DNA of 64,000 bases from an uncultured Gammaproteobacteria bacterium (GTDB lineage: Bacteria > Patescibacteriota > Patescibacteriia > XYB2-FULL-38-15): positions 805,595-869,594 of the forward strand of contig OZ246416.1 of assembly GCA_965231095.1 (NCBI GenBank). Reading direction: 5' to 3'. The notes beneath the pieces were generated by a model that was not told the origin of the DNA, searched no databases, and saw only the letters and a program-made list of their open reading frames with translations. Positions 9,170 through 20,302 of the stretch are shown here, piece by piece (the stretch's first letter is position 1; every line of letters begins with the position of its first letter). Both the position numbers and the translations under genes were made by a program.

Positions 9170-9757
9170 ATGGAAAAAGTTTTGAAAAAAAGTAAAAAAA
9201 TTGTTCGTAAAAAATCAGGGAGGAAGGAAGTGGAGATCCCCGTTTTTGTGATTAGTAAAAAAGAAAAAGCGGCAGCGAAAGCAGAAGAAAAAAAATTTGG
9301 AATTTTTAAGGATGGAGATAATTTGCCGGTTTTTAAGAATTTTTTCCCCGGGACCCCGGACGAAGAAAAAAACGGTTTAGAAGAAAAAACATATAAAAAA
9401 GAAGCCGAAGTTTTGGTTTATAAAAAAGAAAGTTTAAGAAAGAAATCGCTCTTGCCCGAATTGCCTAGAAAGATTATAATGTGGGCAAGTGTCGCGGTTT
9501 TTGCGTGCTTGATTTTTTTTATATGGTTTTCCGGTTTGAAAAATAATTTTTCCGGATGGTTTGGTTCCGCGAGTTATACCTTCGCCCGCCAGGGAGAAAT
9601 TTTAGAAGAAGTGGGTAACGGCGCGGAAGAAGTAAACAATGAAGCCGCCGTTTCGGAGGAAGCGGGACAGGAAGGCGATGGCGTGGACGGGAAAGAAATT
9701 TTGGATCAAATTAAAGAGAAAATTTTAGTTGAAGAATTGAAAAACAAATTAGAATAA
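9170..9757 (+). CDS. Hypothetical single-pass membrane protein
   Basis: 195 aa, one TM segment, tightly packed between neighbours. Confidence 0.7.
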   Translation: MEKVLKKSKKIVRKKSGRKEVEIPVFVISKKEKAAAKAEEKKFGIFKDGDNLPVFKNFFPGTPDEEKNGLEEKTYKKEAEVLVYKKESLRKKSLLPELPRKIIMWASVAVFACLIFFIWFSGLKNNFSGWFGSASYTFARQGEILEEVGNGAEEVNNEAAVSEEAGQEGDGVDGKEILDQIKEKILVEELKNKLE

Positions 9758-9763
9758 AATATC

Positions 9764-12256
9764 ATGGCCAAAGAAAAAAAGAAAATTACAGAAGAAAAAA
9801 AAGCGCTGCCGACCCTCGCTAAAGTTTTGCCTTGCAATATTGAAAAAGAAGCGCAGGAATCATATTTGGATTATGCCATGTCGGTTATTATCGCCCGCGC
9901 TCTTCCTGATGTTCGCGATGGATTAAAGCCGGTGCACCGAAGAATTTTATACGCGATGTGGGATGTGGGTTTGAAACCGGGGGCGAAATTCAGAAAATCG
10001 GCGACAGTGGTCGGTGAAGTTTTGGGTAAATATCATCCGCACGGCGACGTGGCGGTTTACGATTCTATGGTTCGCATGGCCCAAGATTTTGCCATGCGCT
10101 ACCCTTTGGTTTGGGGCCAAGGAAACTTCGGCTCAATGGATGGCGACGCTCCGGCCGCGATGCGTTATACTGAAGCGAAGCTCGCGAGGATTTCCGAAGA
10201 AATTTTATTTGATATTGAAAAAGATACTGTTAATTTTATTCCAAACTACGACGGTTCGCACAAAGAACCGCAGGTAATGCCGGCTCGGTTGCCCAATCTT
10301 CTTTTAAACGGCACGGTGGGTATCGCGGTTGGTATGGCGACAAATATTCCGCCGCATAATTTAAGCGAAATCTGCGACGGAGTTACGCATTTGATTGAAC
10401 ATCCGGATTGTGACGTTGAAGAATTGTGCGAATTTGTTAAAGGTCCGGATTTTCCGACTGGCGGCATTATATATGACGTGGCGGCGATTAAACAAACTTA
10501 CGCTACGGGCAAGGGGCCGATTGTGATGCGCGCCAAAACGGAAATTGTGGAAGACAAGGCCGGCCAGTTTAAAATAATTGTTTCCGAAGTTCCTTTTCAG
10601 GTAAACAAAGCCACCCTCCTTGAAAAAATCGCCACGCTCGTTAAAGATAAAAAGATAGAAGGGATCCGTGACCTTCGCGATGAGTCAAACAAAGAAGGCG
10701 TGCGCGTTGTTATTGAACTTAAAAAAGATTCTTATCCCAAGAAAATTCTAAACCAGCTTTTTGACATGACGCAATTGCAGGATTCTTTTCATGTAAATAT
10801 GCTGGCGTTGGTGGACGGAATCCAGCCGAAAGTTTTGAATTTAAAAATGATTTTGGAATATTATTTGGCGCACCGGAAGGAAGTAATCCGCCGCCGGACG
10901 GAATTTGAATTAAATCGCGCCAAAGACCGCGCACATATTTTGAAAGGTTTGAAAATCGCCCTTGACAATATTGATGCAGTCATTAAATTGATAAAAAAAT
11001 CAAAAGATAAGGAAGAGGCCAAGGTTAATTTGATGAAGCAGTTTAAGCTGACGGAAGTTCAGGCCGTGGCGATTTTAGAAATGAAATTGCAGCAACTCGC
11101 GAATCTTGAGAGAACAAGAATTGAACAAGAGTTGAAGGAGAAAATGGCGCTGATTAAAGAGTTGGAAGAAATTTTGGCTTCGCCCAAAAGAATTCTTGGT
11201 TTGATTAAAAAAGACATTGAAGAAATAAAAGCGAAATACGGCGACGAAAGAAAAACACAAATTGTTGCTCACGCGGTAAAAGATTTTTCCGTGGAAGATC
11301 TGATCCCGAACGAATCAACGATTATTGTGGTGACCGCCGACGGTTATATCAAACGTCTTCCTCCGGAAACTTTCCGAACGCAAAGCCGCGGCGGTAAAGG
11401 GGTAATGGGACTTACGACTAAAGAAGAGGATACGGTCGAGCACTTGATTTCTACAACTACTCATCTTGATTTATTATTTTTCACGACGCGCGGCAGAGTT
11501 TTTCAATTGAAAGCTTATGATATTCCGGCAGCTTCCCGAACTTCAAAAGGCCAGGCGCTCGTCAATTTCTTACAGCTCGCTCCGGAAGAAAAAATTTCCG
11601 CGATTCTTTCCGTTAAAGAACTTGGTGAAGCCGACTTTAAATATTTAGTGATGGTGACGCGCGCCGGGGTGATTAAAAAAGTTGATTTGAAAGATTTTGA
11701 TAATGTCCGCCGCTCGGGTTTGATTGCCATAAAATTGAAAGACGGGGATCGTCTGGAATGGGTGAAGCCGTCTTCGGGAAATGATGAAATAATTTTGATT
11801 ACGGCGGTTGGCCAAGCTATTCGTTTCAGAGAAAAAAATGTCCGGGCAATGGGGCGCGCCGCAACCGGCGTTCGCGGCATCCGTTTGAAAGGAAAAGATG
11901 AAGTGATTGGAATGGATGTGATTGATCCGGCACTTGTGACAAAAAATTTGCTTGATTTATTTGTCTTAATGGAAAACGGTTTTGGAAAAAGAACAAATCT
12001 CAAAAATTATAAAATTCAGGGACGCGGCGGTTCGGGCATTAAAACCGCGAAGACAACGCCGAAGACCGGAAAAATAATTTCAGGATTTATTACTTCAAGC
12101 AAAGATGAAAGAGATTTGATTATTATTTCCAAATATGGACAGGTAATCAGGTTGCCGTTCAAGAGCGTTTCCACTTTGGGGCGCGCGACGCAAGGCGTGC
12201 GCTTGATGAGATTTAAAGAAGCGGACGACCGAGCGGCGAGCGTGACGTTTGTATAA
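9764..12256 (+). CDS. gyrA: DNA gyrase subunit A
   Basis: [15 protein letters not shown] catalytic Tyr, GyrA-box QSRGGKG. Confidence 0.98.
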   Translation: MAKEKKKITEEKKALPTLAKVLPCNIEKEAQESYLDYAMSVIIARALPDVRDGLKPVHRRILYAMWDVGLKPGAKFRKSATVVGEVLGKYHPHGDVAVYDSMVRMAQDFAMRYPLVWGQGNFGSMDGDAPAAMRYTEAKLARISEEILFDIEKDTVNFIPNYDGSHKEPQVMPARLPNLLLNGTVGIAVGMATNIPPHNLSEICDGVTHLIEHPDCDVEELCEFVKGPDFPTGGIIYDVAAIKQTYATGKGPIVMRAKTEIVEDKAGQFKIIVSEVPFQVNKATLLEKIATLVKDKKIEGIRDLRDESNKEGVRVVIELKKDSYPKKILNQLFDMTQLQDSFHVNMLALVDGIQPKVLNLKMILEYYLAHRKEVIRRRTEFELNRAKDRAHILKGLKIALDNIDAVIKLIKKSKDKEEAKVNLMKQFKLTEVQAVAILEMKLQQLANLERTRIEQELKEKMALIKELEEILASPKRILGLIKKDIEEIKAKYGDERKTQIVAHAVKDFSVEDLIPNESTIIVVTADGYIKRLPPETFRTQSRGGKGVMGLTTKEEDTVEHLISTTTHLDLLFFTTRGRVFQLKAYDIPAASRTSKGQALVNFLQLAPEEKISAILSVKELGEADFKYLVMVTRAGVIKKVDLKDFDNVRRSGLIAIKLKDGDRLEWVKPSSGNDEIILITAVGQAIRFREKNVRAMGRAATGVRGIRLKGKDEVIGMDVIDPALVTKNLLDLFVLMENGFGKRTNLKNYKIQGRGGSGIKTAKTTPKTGKIISGFITSSKDERDLIIISKYGQVIRLPFKSVSTLGRATQGVRLMRFKEADDRAASVTFV

Positions 12257-12292
12257 TTAAAAATTTTAAATCATAAATCTTAAATAAAAAAT

Positions 12293-12493
12293 ATGGCACT
12301 ACCAGGTCATAGGAGAACTAGTTCTCACAAAAGAAGAAGAGCGGCCCACTTTGCCTTGAAAAAGACAAATCTTTCCGTTTGTCCAAAATGCAAAAAACCG
12401 GTGCTGTCCCACCATCTTTGCAAATCATGCGGGACTTACGCCGGCCGCGAAGTCGTAAAAATGAGAACGCCGAAGAAGAAAAAAACAAAATAA
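12293..12493 (+). CDS. rpmF: 50S ribosomal protein bL32 (Zn-ribbon type)
   Basis: MALP..RR, CPKC..CKSCG.Y. Confidence 0.95.
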   Translation: MALPGHRRTSSHKRRRAAHFALKKTNLSVCPKCKKPVLSHHLCKSCGTYAGREVVKMRTPKKKKTK

Positions 12494-12523
12494 CAATTGA
12501 GTAATTTATTGTTTTTTGAAAAT

Positions 12524-13003
12524 ATGGCAAATAGACATCTTGCCAGAACCATTGCCCTCCAAACACTTTACGAGTGGGATTTTATGGGGGAGAAGGAGGC
12601 GGCGACGCGTGTTGCCGCCAAAAAAAATCTCAAAGAGTTTGCTCCAAAATTTAATGAGAATGATTTTGTTATTGAATTGGTGGACGGCGTGGTGGAGAAT
12701 AGAAAAGAAATAGATAAGTTGATAAAAAAATACGCGCCCGAGTGGCCGATTGAAAAAATAACCTTGATTGATCGGAATGTTTTACGGCTGGGAATTTATG
12801 AATTGAAATTCGCCGAGGCAAAAGACGGGAAAACCGTGCCACCGCGCGTCGTGATCAACGAAGCGATTGAACTTGCCAAGGCTTTTGGTAGCGGTTCCTC
12901 GGGAAAATTCGTGAATGGAGTTTTGGGGGCGATTTATAAAGACGCGTTGGCGGCGGGAGAAATAAAAGAGGAGGAGGAAAAAAATAAAAAAGATAAAAAA
13001 TAA
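12524..13003 (+). CDS. nusB: Transcription antitermination factor NusB
   Basis: RHLARTIALQTLYE, DRNVLR, INEAIELAKAF, FVNGVL. Confidence 0.95.
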   Translation: MANRHLARTIALQTLYEWDFMGEKEAATRVAAKKNLKEFAPKFNENDFVIELVDGVVENRKEIDKLIKKYAPEWPIEKITLIDRNVLRLGIYELKFAEAKDGKTVPPRVVINEAIELAKAFGSGSSGKFVNGVLGAIYKDALAAGEIKEEEEKNKKDKK

Positions 13004-13007
13004 TACA

Positions 13008-13077
13008 TTGTTAAATTGTTACATTGTTAAATTGTCCAAAAAAGCAATTTAGCCATGTAACCATTCAGCAATTTAAG
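13008..13077. repeat. Degenerate 8-mer tandem repeats in inverted arrangement
   Basis: ATTGTTAA/ATTGTTAC units then GCAATTTA/CCATGTAA units. Confidence 0.6.
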
Positions 13078-13079
13078 TT

Positions 13080-13775
13080 ATGAAAGACTTTTCCAAATTG
13101 GAGGAAAAGATCGGCGTGAAATTTAAAAATATAGAAATTTTGATGCAGGCGGCGGTCCATCGTTCTTACTTAAATGAAAATCCCGGATTTAAATTGGCGC
13201 ACAACGAACGGTTGGAATTTTTAGGCGATGCCGTGCTGGAACTTGTGGTGACAGAATATCTTTATCAAGGTTATCCAAACCCGGAAGGGGAGCTGACCAA
13301 CTGGCGGGCGAGTCTCGTGAACGCGAAAATGTTGTCCGAGATTGCCAAAGAAATTGGCATTGAAGAATTTCTTTATTTGAGCAAAGGAGAATCAAAAGAA
13401 GCGGCCGAGTCAAAAGCCAGGCAATATATTTTAGCCAACGCTTTCGAGGCGCTGGTTGGCGCGATTTATCTTGATCAGGGTTATATTGTTTCTCGAGATT
13501 TTCTCAAGAAATTTTTGATCATTAAACTGGCGTATATTTTGGAACACGAATTATATCTTGATCCAAAAAGCAAATTTCAAGAAATTACCCAAGAAAAATG
13601 CGGCGTGACGCCGACTTACAAAGTTTTGGAAGAAACCGGTCCGGATCACGCGAAAATTTTTAAAGTGGGAGTTTATTTGGAAAAAGAATTGGTGGCGATG
13701 GGGGAGGGGTCGAGTAAACAAGAAGCGCAGGTTGAAGCCGCGAACGCCGCCTTGAAAACAAAAAAGTGGTCATAG
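13080..13775 (+). CDS. rnc: Ribonuclease III
   Basis: NERLEFLGDAVL signature plus dsRBD. Confidence 0.97.
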   Translation: MKDFSKLEEKIGVKFKNIEILMQAAVHRSYLNENPGFKLAHNERLEFLGDAVLELVVTEYLYQGYPNPEGELTNWRASLVNAKMLSEIAKEIGIEEFLYLSKGESKEAAESKARQYILANAFEALVGAIYLDQGYIVSRDFLKKFLIIKLAYILEHELYLDPKSKFQEITQEKCGVTPTYKVLEETGPDHAKIFKVGVYLEKELVAMGEGSSKQEAQVEAANAALKTKKWS

Positions 13776-13949
13776 CATAATGATATTGAAAATGGCGGGA
13801 TATTTTTCCCGCCGTTTGCGTCTTGAAAGTTTTTAGTATTGATGATATTCTGATAAATCGGTTATTATGCGGCCACAGGTGGCTTTAAAATTTTTGCATC
13901 GCAGAGAGCTTATCCGTATTCATTAAAAAATTGCGGGTAGTCAGAATAA

Positions 13950-14021
13950 GCCCTTGTAGCTCAATGGATAGAGTACTGGTCTTCGAAACCAGTGATCCAG
14001 GTTCGAATCCTGGCGAGGGCA
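13950..14021 (+). tRNA. tRNA-Arg(TCG)
   Basis: Cloverleaf, CTGGT-CTTCGAA-ACCAG anticodon arm, GGTTCGAATCC; no encoded CCA. Confidence 0.95.
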
Positions 14022-14047
14022 TTTTAGGAAAATTAAATAAAATATTT

Positions 14048-14120
14048 GCGCCCATAGCTCAATTGGCAGAGCAGATCCCTCTTAAGGATAAGGTTACAGG
14101 TTCGATTCCTGTTGGGCGCA
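14048..14120 (+). tRNA. tRNA-Lys(CTT)
   Basis: Cloverleaf, ATCC-CTCTTAA-GGAT, GGTTCGATTCC; no encoded CCA. Confidence 0.93.
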
Positions 14121-14183
14121 TTTTGTTTTTGTTGACAAGGTGGAAAAGTGGTATAATGGATAAAAGTAATTAAATTAAAATCT

Positions 14184-14654
14184 ATGAAAAAAAATCACGG
14201 CTTCACCCTGATTGAATTATTAATCGTCGTCGGAATTATCGCTTTTTTGGCTTCGGCGATTTTTATCGCCGTTGATCCGGCGAAAAGATTTGCCGAGTCC
14301 CGTAACGCCCGCCGCTGGACAGATACTTCAGCGGTCTTGGAAGCAGTCCTTCAATACGCCGTGGACGAAGACGGGACATTGCCCCCGAAAATTGATGATG
14401 TCACCTCCACTGTGCAAATTTTGGGGACAAACGCGAGCGGTTGTGACGTTGGGTGTGCGGGAAAACCGTCGGCTGTAAGTTGTCTTGATTTGAGCGAGGT
14501 TTTGATTCCAAAATATTTAGGGCTTATTCCTTATGATCCGTATACCGGTTCGGCCGCGTTCACGGATTATTACGTTAACAGATCACAAACCGGACGGATT
14601 GAAGTCGGGTCATGCGATCCGGAACTTGGCGCGACGATTTTCGTCAGCCGGTAA
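14184..14654 (+). CDS. Type IV pilin-like protein
   Basis: G/FTLIELLIVVGII prepilin motif with E5; Cys pairs; own promoter TTGACA..TATAAT at ~14132-14157. Confidence 0.9.
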   Translation: MKKNHGFTLIELLIVVGIIAFLASAIFIAVDPAKRFAESRNARRWTDTSAVLEAVLQYAVDEDGTLPPKIDDVTSTVQILGTNASGCDVGCAGKPSAVSCLDLSEVLIPKYLGLIPYDPYTGSAAFTDYYVNRSQTGRIEVGSCDPELGATIFVSR

Positions 14655-14762
14655 TAAAAAATAATTTAAAGTTTAAAATACTCCGAAAATCTCGGGGTAT
14701 TTTTGTAAAACAAACCCCGCCCTTGCGGGCGGGGAAAGCTTCTAGAAGCGAATAGACAAAAT

Positions 14763-15038
14763 TTATCTTAAAGCATCCTTCAAAGATTTTCCTGCTTTAA
14801 ACTTCGGAACGGTCATAGCCGGGATTTGAATTTTTTCTCCCGGTTTTTTCGGGTTCACGCCCATTCTGGCCGCTCTCTTTTTTGCCGAGAAGGTGCCAAA
14901 ACCGGTCAAAGTAACTTCACCACCGGATTTTAAAGTTGAGGTGACGGTCTCCATAAAGGTTTCCATCATTTTGTCAGCAGTTGTCTTTGGAACTTCCAGG
15001 GCGACGGCGATTTTTTCAATTAATTCTGCTTTTGTCAT
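14763..15038 (-). CDS. hup: DNA-binding protein HU
   Basis: MTKAELI, GFGTF, R.GVNP, PKFKAGKSLKD. Confidence 0.95.
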   Translation of the reverse strand: MTKAELIEKIAVALEVPKTTADKMMETFMETVTSTLKSGGEVTLTGFGTFSAKKRAARMGVNPKKPGEKIQIPAMTVPKFKAGKSLKDALR

Positions 15039-15065
15039 GTCTTCACCCCCTTTCAAATAAAAAGA

Positions 15066-15863
15066 TTATATTTTAACTTCTTCTTTTATTTTTTTGATTT
15101 TTTTGGCCAATTTTGTTTTGGGATCAATTTCTAAATAAATCGCGTTCACTGTACAGATTCCTTCCTCGGGAATTTCATGAGCCTCTGAAATTTGCGTCAA
15201 GAAGGTTTTTAATATTCCTTTTTTGTCTACGCCCAAAATTGAATCTTTGGCGCCGACCATACCAACGTCTGTCACAAATCCGGTGCCGCCAGGGAGAATT
15301 TGCCAGTCATCAGTACCAACGTGAGTGTGCGTTCCCAAGACCGCGGAAACTCGCCCGTCCAAATATCGGGCCAGGCCATTTTTTTCCGAAGTGGCTTCGG
15401 CGTGGAAATCAACAATAACTGCCGAAAGATTTTCATCTCCAAATTCTTCCAGAATTTCGTCGGCTCCGCGGAACGGGCAGTCGTATTGGCTTTTCAAAAA
15501 AACTCTTCCCATCAAGTTTATCACAAGAATTTTTTTCGTGCCAATCTCAAACAATTTCGCCCCGGCCCCCGGAGCGTCAGGCGGATAATTTGCCGGACGG
15601 ATGAGCATGGAATTTTTATCTTCCAAAATTCCGATGGCTTCTTTTTTATCAAAAGCATGATCACCGGAAGTGAAGAAATCAACGCCGGCGTCCGCGAGTT
15701 CTTTTAAAGTTTTTTCCGTGATGCCCGTGCCGTGCGCGATATTTTCCACGTTGGCAATAACCAAATCAGGATCAAGTTTTTTTCGGATAGTCGGCAAAAT
15801 TTTCGCGACGGCAGTTCGTCCGATTCGGCCGGAAACATCGCCGAAGAATAATATTTTTAACAT
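15066..15863 (-). CDS. ymdB: YmdB/TIGR00282 metallophosphoesterase
   Basis: GDVSG, ANVEN, DFHAEATSEK, GTHTHV, TDVGMVG; directly after rny. Confidence 0.92.
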   Translation of the reverse strand: MLKILFFGDVSGRIGRTAVAKILPTIRKKLDPDLVIANVENIAHGTGITEKTLKELADAGVDFFTSGDHAFDKKEAIGILEDKNSMLIRPANYPPDAPGAGAKLFEIGTKKILVINLMGRVFLKSQYDCPFRGADEILEEFGDENLSAVIVDFHAEATSEKNGLARYLDGRVSAVLGTHTHVGTDDWQILPGGTGFVTDVGMVGAKDSILGVDKKGILKTFLTQISEAHEIPEEGICTVNAIYLEIDPKTKLAKKIKKIKEEVKI

Positions 15864-15866
15864 ATA

Positions 15867-17384
15867 TTAGCGTGCGTACTCAATAATTCTTTTTTCTCTG
15901 ATAACGTTAACTTTTATTTCACCCGGGTATTTTAATTCTTCCTCAATTTTTTTAGCAATTGCTTGAGCCAGTTTCAAGGCGGCTAAATCATCAATTTTAT
16001 CCGGCGCGACAAAAACTCTGATCTCGCGGCCGGCTTGAATGGCGTAAGCTTTTTCAATGCCGTCAAAAGAGGTCGCCACTTTTTCCAAATCTTCCAATCT
16101 TTGCAAGTAATGTTCGTAAGTGTCTTTTCTTGCTCCCGGTCTCGCGCCCGAAATTGCGTCGGCCACTTTAACGATAATGGCTTCAAGAGTTGGCGGTGCG
16201 TCTTCATGATGCGTGGCGATTGGGATAATAATTTCTTCCGGCAAGTTGAATTTTTTGGCGATGTCTTTGCCGATTTCCGGATGGGTGCCGGTCACTTCAT
16301 GGTCAACCGCCTTACCGATGTCGTGGAGCAATCCCGCTTTTTTGGCGACAGTAACATTGGCGCCAAGCTCTTCGGCCAAAAGCGCCGAGAGGTGGGCAAC
16401 TTCAACCGAGTGTTTTAAGGCATTTTGCCCATAGCTTGTGCGGTATTTTAATCTTCCTAAAACTTGAACTAATTTTGGATCAAGTCCGGCCACGCCCAGT
16501 TCGTAAACTGCTTCTTCGCCGGCTTTTTTAATATCAATCGCCAAATCTTTTTTGGCTTGTTCCACTGCTTCTTCAATTCGGCCCGGATGAATTCTTCCGT
16601 CCAAAATCAATTTTTCCAAGGCGCGTTTGGCAACGTGCCGTCTGATCGGGCTGAAGCCGGAAACAGTAATCGCTTCTGGGGTGTCATCAACAATAATTTC
16701 CGTGCCGGTAAGTTGTTCAATGGTTTTAATATTTCTTCCTTCACGTCCGATAATTCTTCCTTTCATTTCGTCCGATGGAAGAGGAACGGTTGTAGTCGTA
16801 GTTTCTGTCGCGTGCGAGGAGGCGCAACGCTCAATTGCCAAAGATAAAAGGTCCCGCGCTTTTTTGTCGAGGACCTCGCTTGATTCTCTTTCCAATTTAT
16901 TGATGCGATTAACAAGTTCCGCCTGGATTCCTTTTTCCGCTTTATCAAAAAGCAGCTGCTTGGCTTCTTCGCGATTCAGTCCGGCGATTTGTTCCAATCT
17001 CGCCAATTGATCCTCTTTTATTTTTTGAATCTCGCCTTTTACTTTTTCAATTTGGTTGGCGCGGTCGTAGAGTTTCTGTTGTTTTTCCTGGAGCTCAAGA
17101 AGTTTTTGGTCAAAAAGCGACTCGCGCTTTTCCAATCTTTTTTGCGCGGCTTGTAATTCTTGCCGGCGATCTTCTTCCTCTTTTTTTGCGTTATCAATTA
17201 CTTGGATTGCTTTGTCTCTCGCCTGAAGGAGCAATTCCCGTTGTTTGGTTCTGGTTTCCGCCAGTAATTTTTCCGCCTTTTCTTCAACTGATCCGGCCAG
17301 CCTTTTGGCCAGGAGTTTTCTTAGAAAGTAACCAGCGGCCGTTCCGGCAATCAATATAGCCGCGATCCAAAATGGATTTTGCAT
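15867..17384 (-). CDS. rny: Ribonuclease Y
   Basis: N-terminal TM, coiled coil, KH (KGRIIGREGRNI), HD (LLHDIGK). Confidence 0.97.
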   Translation of the reverse strand: MQNPFWIAAILIAGTAAGYFLRKLLAKRLAGSVEEKAEKLLAETRTKQRELLLQARDKAIQVIDNAKKEEEDRRQELQAAQKRLEKRESLFDQKLLELQEKQQKLYDRANQIEKVKGEIQKIKEDQLARLEQIAGLNREEAKQLLFDKAEKGIQAELVNRINKLERESSEVLDKKARDLLSLAIERCASSHATETTTTTVPLPSDEMKGRIIGREGRNIKTIEQLTGTEIIVDDTPEAITVSGFSPIRRHVAKRALEKLILDGRIHPGRIEEAVEQAKKDLAIDIKKAGEEAVYELGVAGLDPKLVQVLGRLKYRTSYGQNALKHSVEVAHLSALLAEELGANVTVAKKAGLLHDIGKAVDHEVTGTHPEIGKDIAKKFNLPEEIIIPIATHHEDAPPTLEAIIVKVADAISGARPGARKDTYEHYLQRLEDLEKVATSFDGIEKAYAIQAGREIRVFVAPDKIDDLAALKLAQAIAKKIEEELKYPGEIKVNVIREKRIIEYAR

Positions 17385-17390
17385 AAGACT

Positions 17391-17551
17391 TTAACAGCAA
17401 ATCACAAACCAAAGGTGAATCGTATAAAGAATTCATCTTGATTAAATTTTCGTCTTCCGAATTCAGAATAAGCTTTTTGAGATTGTTTGACATCTTAAAT
17501 ATAATCAAAATTTCCGATTGTTTCCGATGCTTATGATTTGCCTAGGTTTAA
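17391..17551 (-). ncRNA. Candidate 6S-like RNA or structured rny leader
   Basis: Outer stem 17397-404/17534-541, bubble, inner stem 17438-449/17497-508 (TTGA..TCAAG); promoter TTGCCA-17-TACGAT at 17632-17604. Confidence 0.4.
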
Positions 17552-17641
17552 ATTAAATTATACTTCGGCCAGAGCTACTCTAGCCTTAGCTTGAAGTATT
17601 TTTATCGTATCATAAAAGAGGATTTTTGGCAAGAGAGCTGG

Positions 17642-17712
17642 CCCGGGGATCTAGAAATCTGGATTTTCGCCCGCCGTGCTGACGAGGCAGGCTTTCGCGG
17701 GAAGGACAAGCG
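17642..17712. repeat. REP-like repeat copy 2, interrupted by a 22-nt palindromic insertion
   Basis: Matches 3778-3826 apart from a few substitutions and the insert at 17671-17692. Confidence 0.75.
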
Positions 17713-17837
17713 GGGAGAAACTCGCCCCGTGCCTTTTGACTAAACATCAATCGGCGCGGGGATTTTTTTATTTAATGTTTGACAAAAACTAAAAAAAATA
17801 GTAAGTTACAAGAACCCGAGAGGGTTAACTTAATCAC

Positions 17838-19844
17838 ATGAACATTACCGAACTCGCGAGAAAAATTCAGATGACGACCCAAGAATTGAAAGACGTCTTG
17901 CCGACGCTCGGTTTTGATATTGGTCAGCGAGCAATCAAAATTGATGATCGGCTGGCGCATAAAATCATAAACAGCTGGCCGAGCCTCAAAAAAGAATTGG
18001 AAAAAAGAAAAGCAGCGGAATTGGCAAAACTCGCGCCGGAAGAAGAAATCGGCGCGGTCGCCAAAGAAAAAGTTAAAGTAAAATTGCCGCAAGTGATTAC
18101 GGTTCGCGATTTTGCCGCGAGATTGAATTTACCAGTGACGGGCGTGATTAAAGAATTAATGAAAAATGGAATTTTGGCGTCGCTTAATGAACGCATAGAT
18201 TATGAAACCGGGGCGATTGTTGCCGAAGATATGGGTTTTGAAGTGGAAAAAATTGTTGAAGATGAAACGGGCGGAGATTTTGTCGGAGATAAAGTTAAAG
18301 AATTGATGGGGCAAGACGAAAAATCAACTCTCCGAGCGCGACCGCCGGTGGTGGTCGTGATGGGTCACGTTGACCATGGAAAAACAAAATTGCTCGATGC
18401 CATCAGAAAAACTCACGTGATGGAATCGGAAGCGGGCGGCATTACTCAACACATTGGCGCCTATCAGGCGACATATAAAGATAGAGTTTTAACTTTTATT
18501 GATACGCCGGGCCACGAAGCTTTTACCGCCATGCGCAGCCGCGGCGCGAAAATCGCCGACATTGCTATTTTAGTTGTGGCCGCCGACGACGGTGTTCAGC
18601 CGCAAACTAAAGAAGCGATTAAAATTATTGAAGCGGCGAAAATTCCGTTTCTTGTGGCGATAAATAAAATTGATAAGCCGGAAGCCAACATTGAAAAAAT
18701 AAAACAAGAATTGGCGGCCTTGAATTTAATCCCGGAAGATTGGGGAGGAAAAACGATTTGCGTGCCGATTTCCGCAAAACAAATGACGGGCATTGACGGA
18801 CTTTTGGACATGGTGCTTTTGATTGCCGAGATGGAAAAAGAAAAAATTGTGGCGAACCCCGCGCGTTGCGCCCTGGGCACGGTGATTGAAGCGCACATTG
18901 ATAAGGGTGAAGGCCCGGTGGCCACGGTTTTGGTTCAGGCTGGCACGCTCGGTCGAAATGAAAATTTAACAATTGATAATGTTTTGTATGGCCGCGTTCG
19001 GGCGATGAAGAATTTTCGCGGGGAAGTGGTGGACGAGGCAAGCCCGGGAACGCCGGTAAAAATTTTGGGTTTAAAAGCCGCGCCGCAAGTCGGAGATATT
19101 TTGGAAGTTAAAAGTGATCTTGGCGCGTGTCAGAGAAAAATAAAACCGACTTATGCCCAGCGTGATCAGGTGACCGTTAAAAAATCTACCGAAGAGGAAG
19201 AAAAGAAAAAGAAAAAATTAAATATAATTTTGAAAACAGATGTTTTGGGATCGCTTGAAGCGCTTTTGGCGTCTTTTGAAAAGATGGATTATCCGACCGT
19301 GAGTTTGGAAATTGTTTCCCGCGGCCTGGGAAATATCACCGAGGCAGAAGTTTTGCAGGCCGAAGCGATCGGCGCGAAAATTTTCGGGTTTAATGTTTTG
19401 ACCGGACCGAACGTTTCCGAGTTGGCGCGCGACAAAGGCGTGGAAATAAAAATATTTAACATTATTTATAATTTGATTGATGAAGTTAATAAAGGCTTGG
19501 AGGCCTTGCTTGACGTGGAAATTATCCGGACTGAACTTGGAAAAATGAAAGTGATGGCGATTTTTCGGACGGAAGCGGCGAGCATGATTGTCGGGGGAAA
19601 AGTAGAAGAAGGGAAAATCACTTTTGACGCCAAAGCCACGAGCCCGGTTAAAGTAAAAGTTTTGCGAAAACAAGAAGAAGTCGGCGAGGGAATTCTTTTG
19701 CAACTACAATCGGCAAAATCCGAAGTTAAAGAAGTCGCGGCCGGCCAAGAATGCGGTATAAAATTTAAAGGCAAACCGGTTATTCAGGTTGGCGACATGC
19801 TGGCTTTTTATAAAGAAGAAAAGAGAATTAGAAAATTGGAATAA
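17838..19844 (+). CDS. infB: Translation initiation factor IF-2
   Basis: [25 protein letters not shown]. Confidence 0.98.
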   Translation: MNITELARKIQMTTQELKDVLPTLGFDIGQRAIKIDDRLAHKIINSWPSLKKELEKRKAAELAKLAPEEEIGAVAKEKVKVKLPQVITVRDFAARLNLPVTGVIKELMKNGILASLNERIDYETGAIVAEDMGFEVEKIVEDETGGDFVGDKVKELMGQDEKSTLRARPPVVVVMGHVDHGKTKLLDAIRKTHVMESEAGGITQHIGAYQATYKDRVLTFIDTPGHEAFTAMRSRGAKIADIAILVVAADDGVQPQTKEAIKIIEAAKIPFLVAINKIDKPEANIEKIKQELAALNLIPEDWGGKTICVPISAKQMTGIDGLLDMVLLIAEMEKEKIVANPARCALGTVIEAHIDKGEGPVATVLVQAGTLGRNENLTIDNVLYGRVRAMKNFRGEVVDEASPGTPVKILGLKAAPQVGDILEVKSDLGACQRKIKPTYAQRDQVTVKKSTEEEEKKKKKLNIILKTDVLGSLEALLASFEKMDYPTVSLEIVSRGLGNITEAEVLQAEAIGAKIFGFNVLTGPNVSELARDKGVEIKIFNIIYNLIDEVNKGLEALLDVEIIRTELGKMKVMAIFRTEAASMIVGGKVEEGKITFDAKATSPVKVKVLRKQEEVGEGILLQLQSAKSEVKEVAAGQECGIKFKGKPVIQVGDMLAFYKEEKRIRKLE

Positions 19845-19850
19845 ATAATT

Positions 19851-19952
19851 TCAAGATAACAAAATAACAAGACAACAAAATAACAATTACCATTTACCAG
19901 CTGCTAATTACTTTTTGTTAATTGGTAAATAGTAACTAGTAATTAGTAATTG
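19851..19952. repeat. Inverted heptamer/octamer repeat tract
   Basis: AATAACAA and AATTACC units, mirrored by GGTAAAT/AGTAATT units. Confidence 0.6.
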
Positions 19953-19970
19953 TTTGTTTTGCTAAAATTT

Positions 19971-20297
19971 ATGCCAGAAATTATTTTAAACGATCAAAAT
20001 TTTGAGAACGAAGTTTTAAAATCGGAAGTGCCGGTACTCGTTGATTTTTGGGCGAGTTGGTGTGGACCGTGCAAAATGATGGGGCCGATTGTGGAAGAGG
20101 TCGCGAAAGATATGGAAGGCAAGGCAGTGAAGGTTGCGAAATTAAATGTTGATGAAGCGACGGGGACGGCGGAGAAATATAATGTGATGAGCATTCCGAC
20201 TTTTAAAATTTTTAAAGGCGGGCAAGTGGTTGATGAATTTGTCGGAGTGCAAAGTAAAGAGGAGATTGTAAAGAGATTGGAAAAATTTATTGGCTAA
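19971..20297 (+). CDS. trxA: Thioredoxin
   Basis: WCGPC active site. Confidence 0.97.
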   Translation: MPEIILNDQNFENEVLKSEVPVLVDFWASWCGPCKMMGPIVEEVAKDMEGKAVKVAKLNVDEATGTAEKYNVMSIPTFKIFKGGQVVDEFVGVQSKEEIVKRLEKFIG

Positions 20298-20302
20298 AAA
20301 AT

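Noticed and set aside
13931-14173. 80-aa ORF over the tRNAs
   Set aside because: Spurious translation of tRNA-Arg and tRNA-Lys.
13950-14700. tRNA-integrated genomic island
   Set aside because: No integrase and no duplicated tRNA 3' end seen; only a pilin follows.
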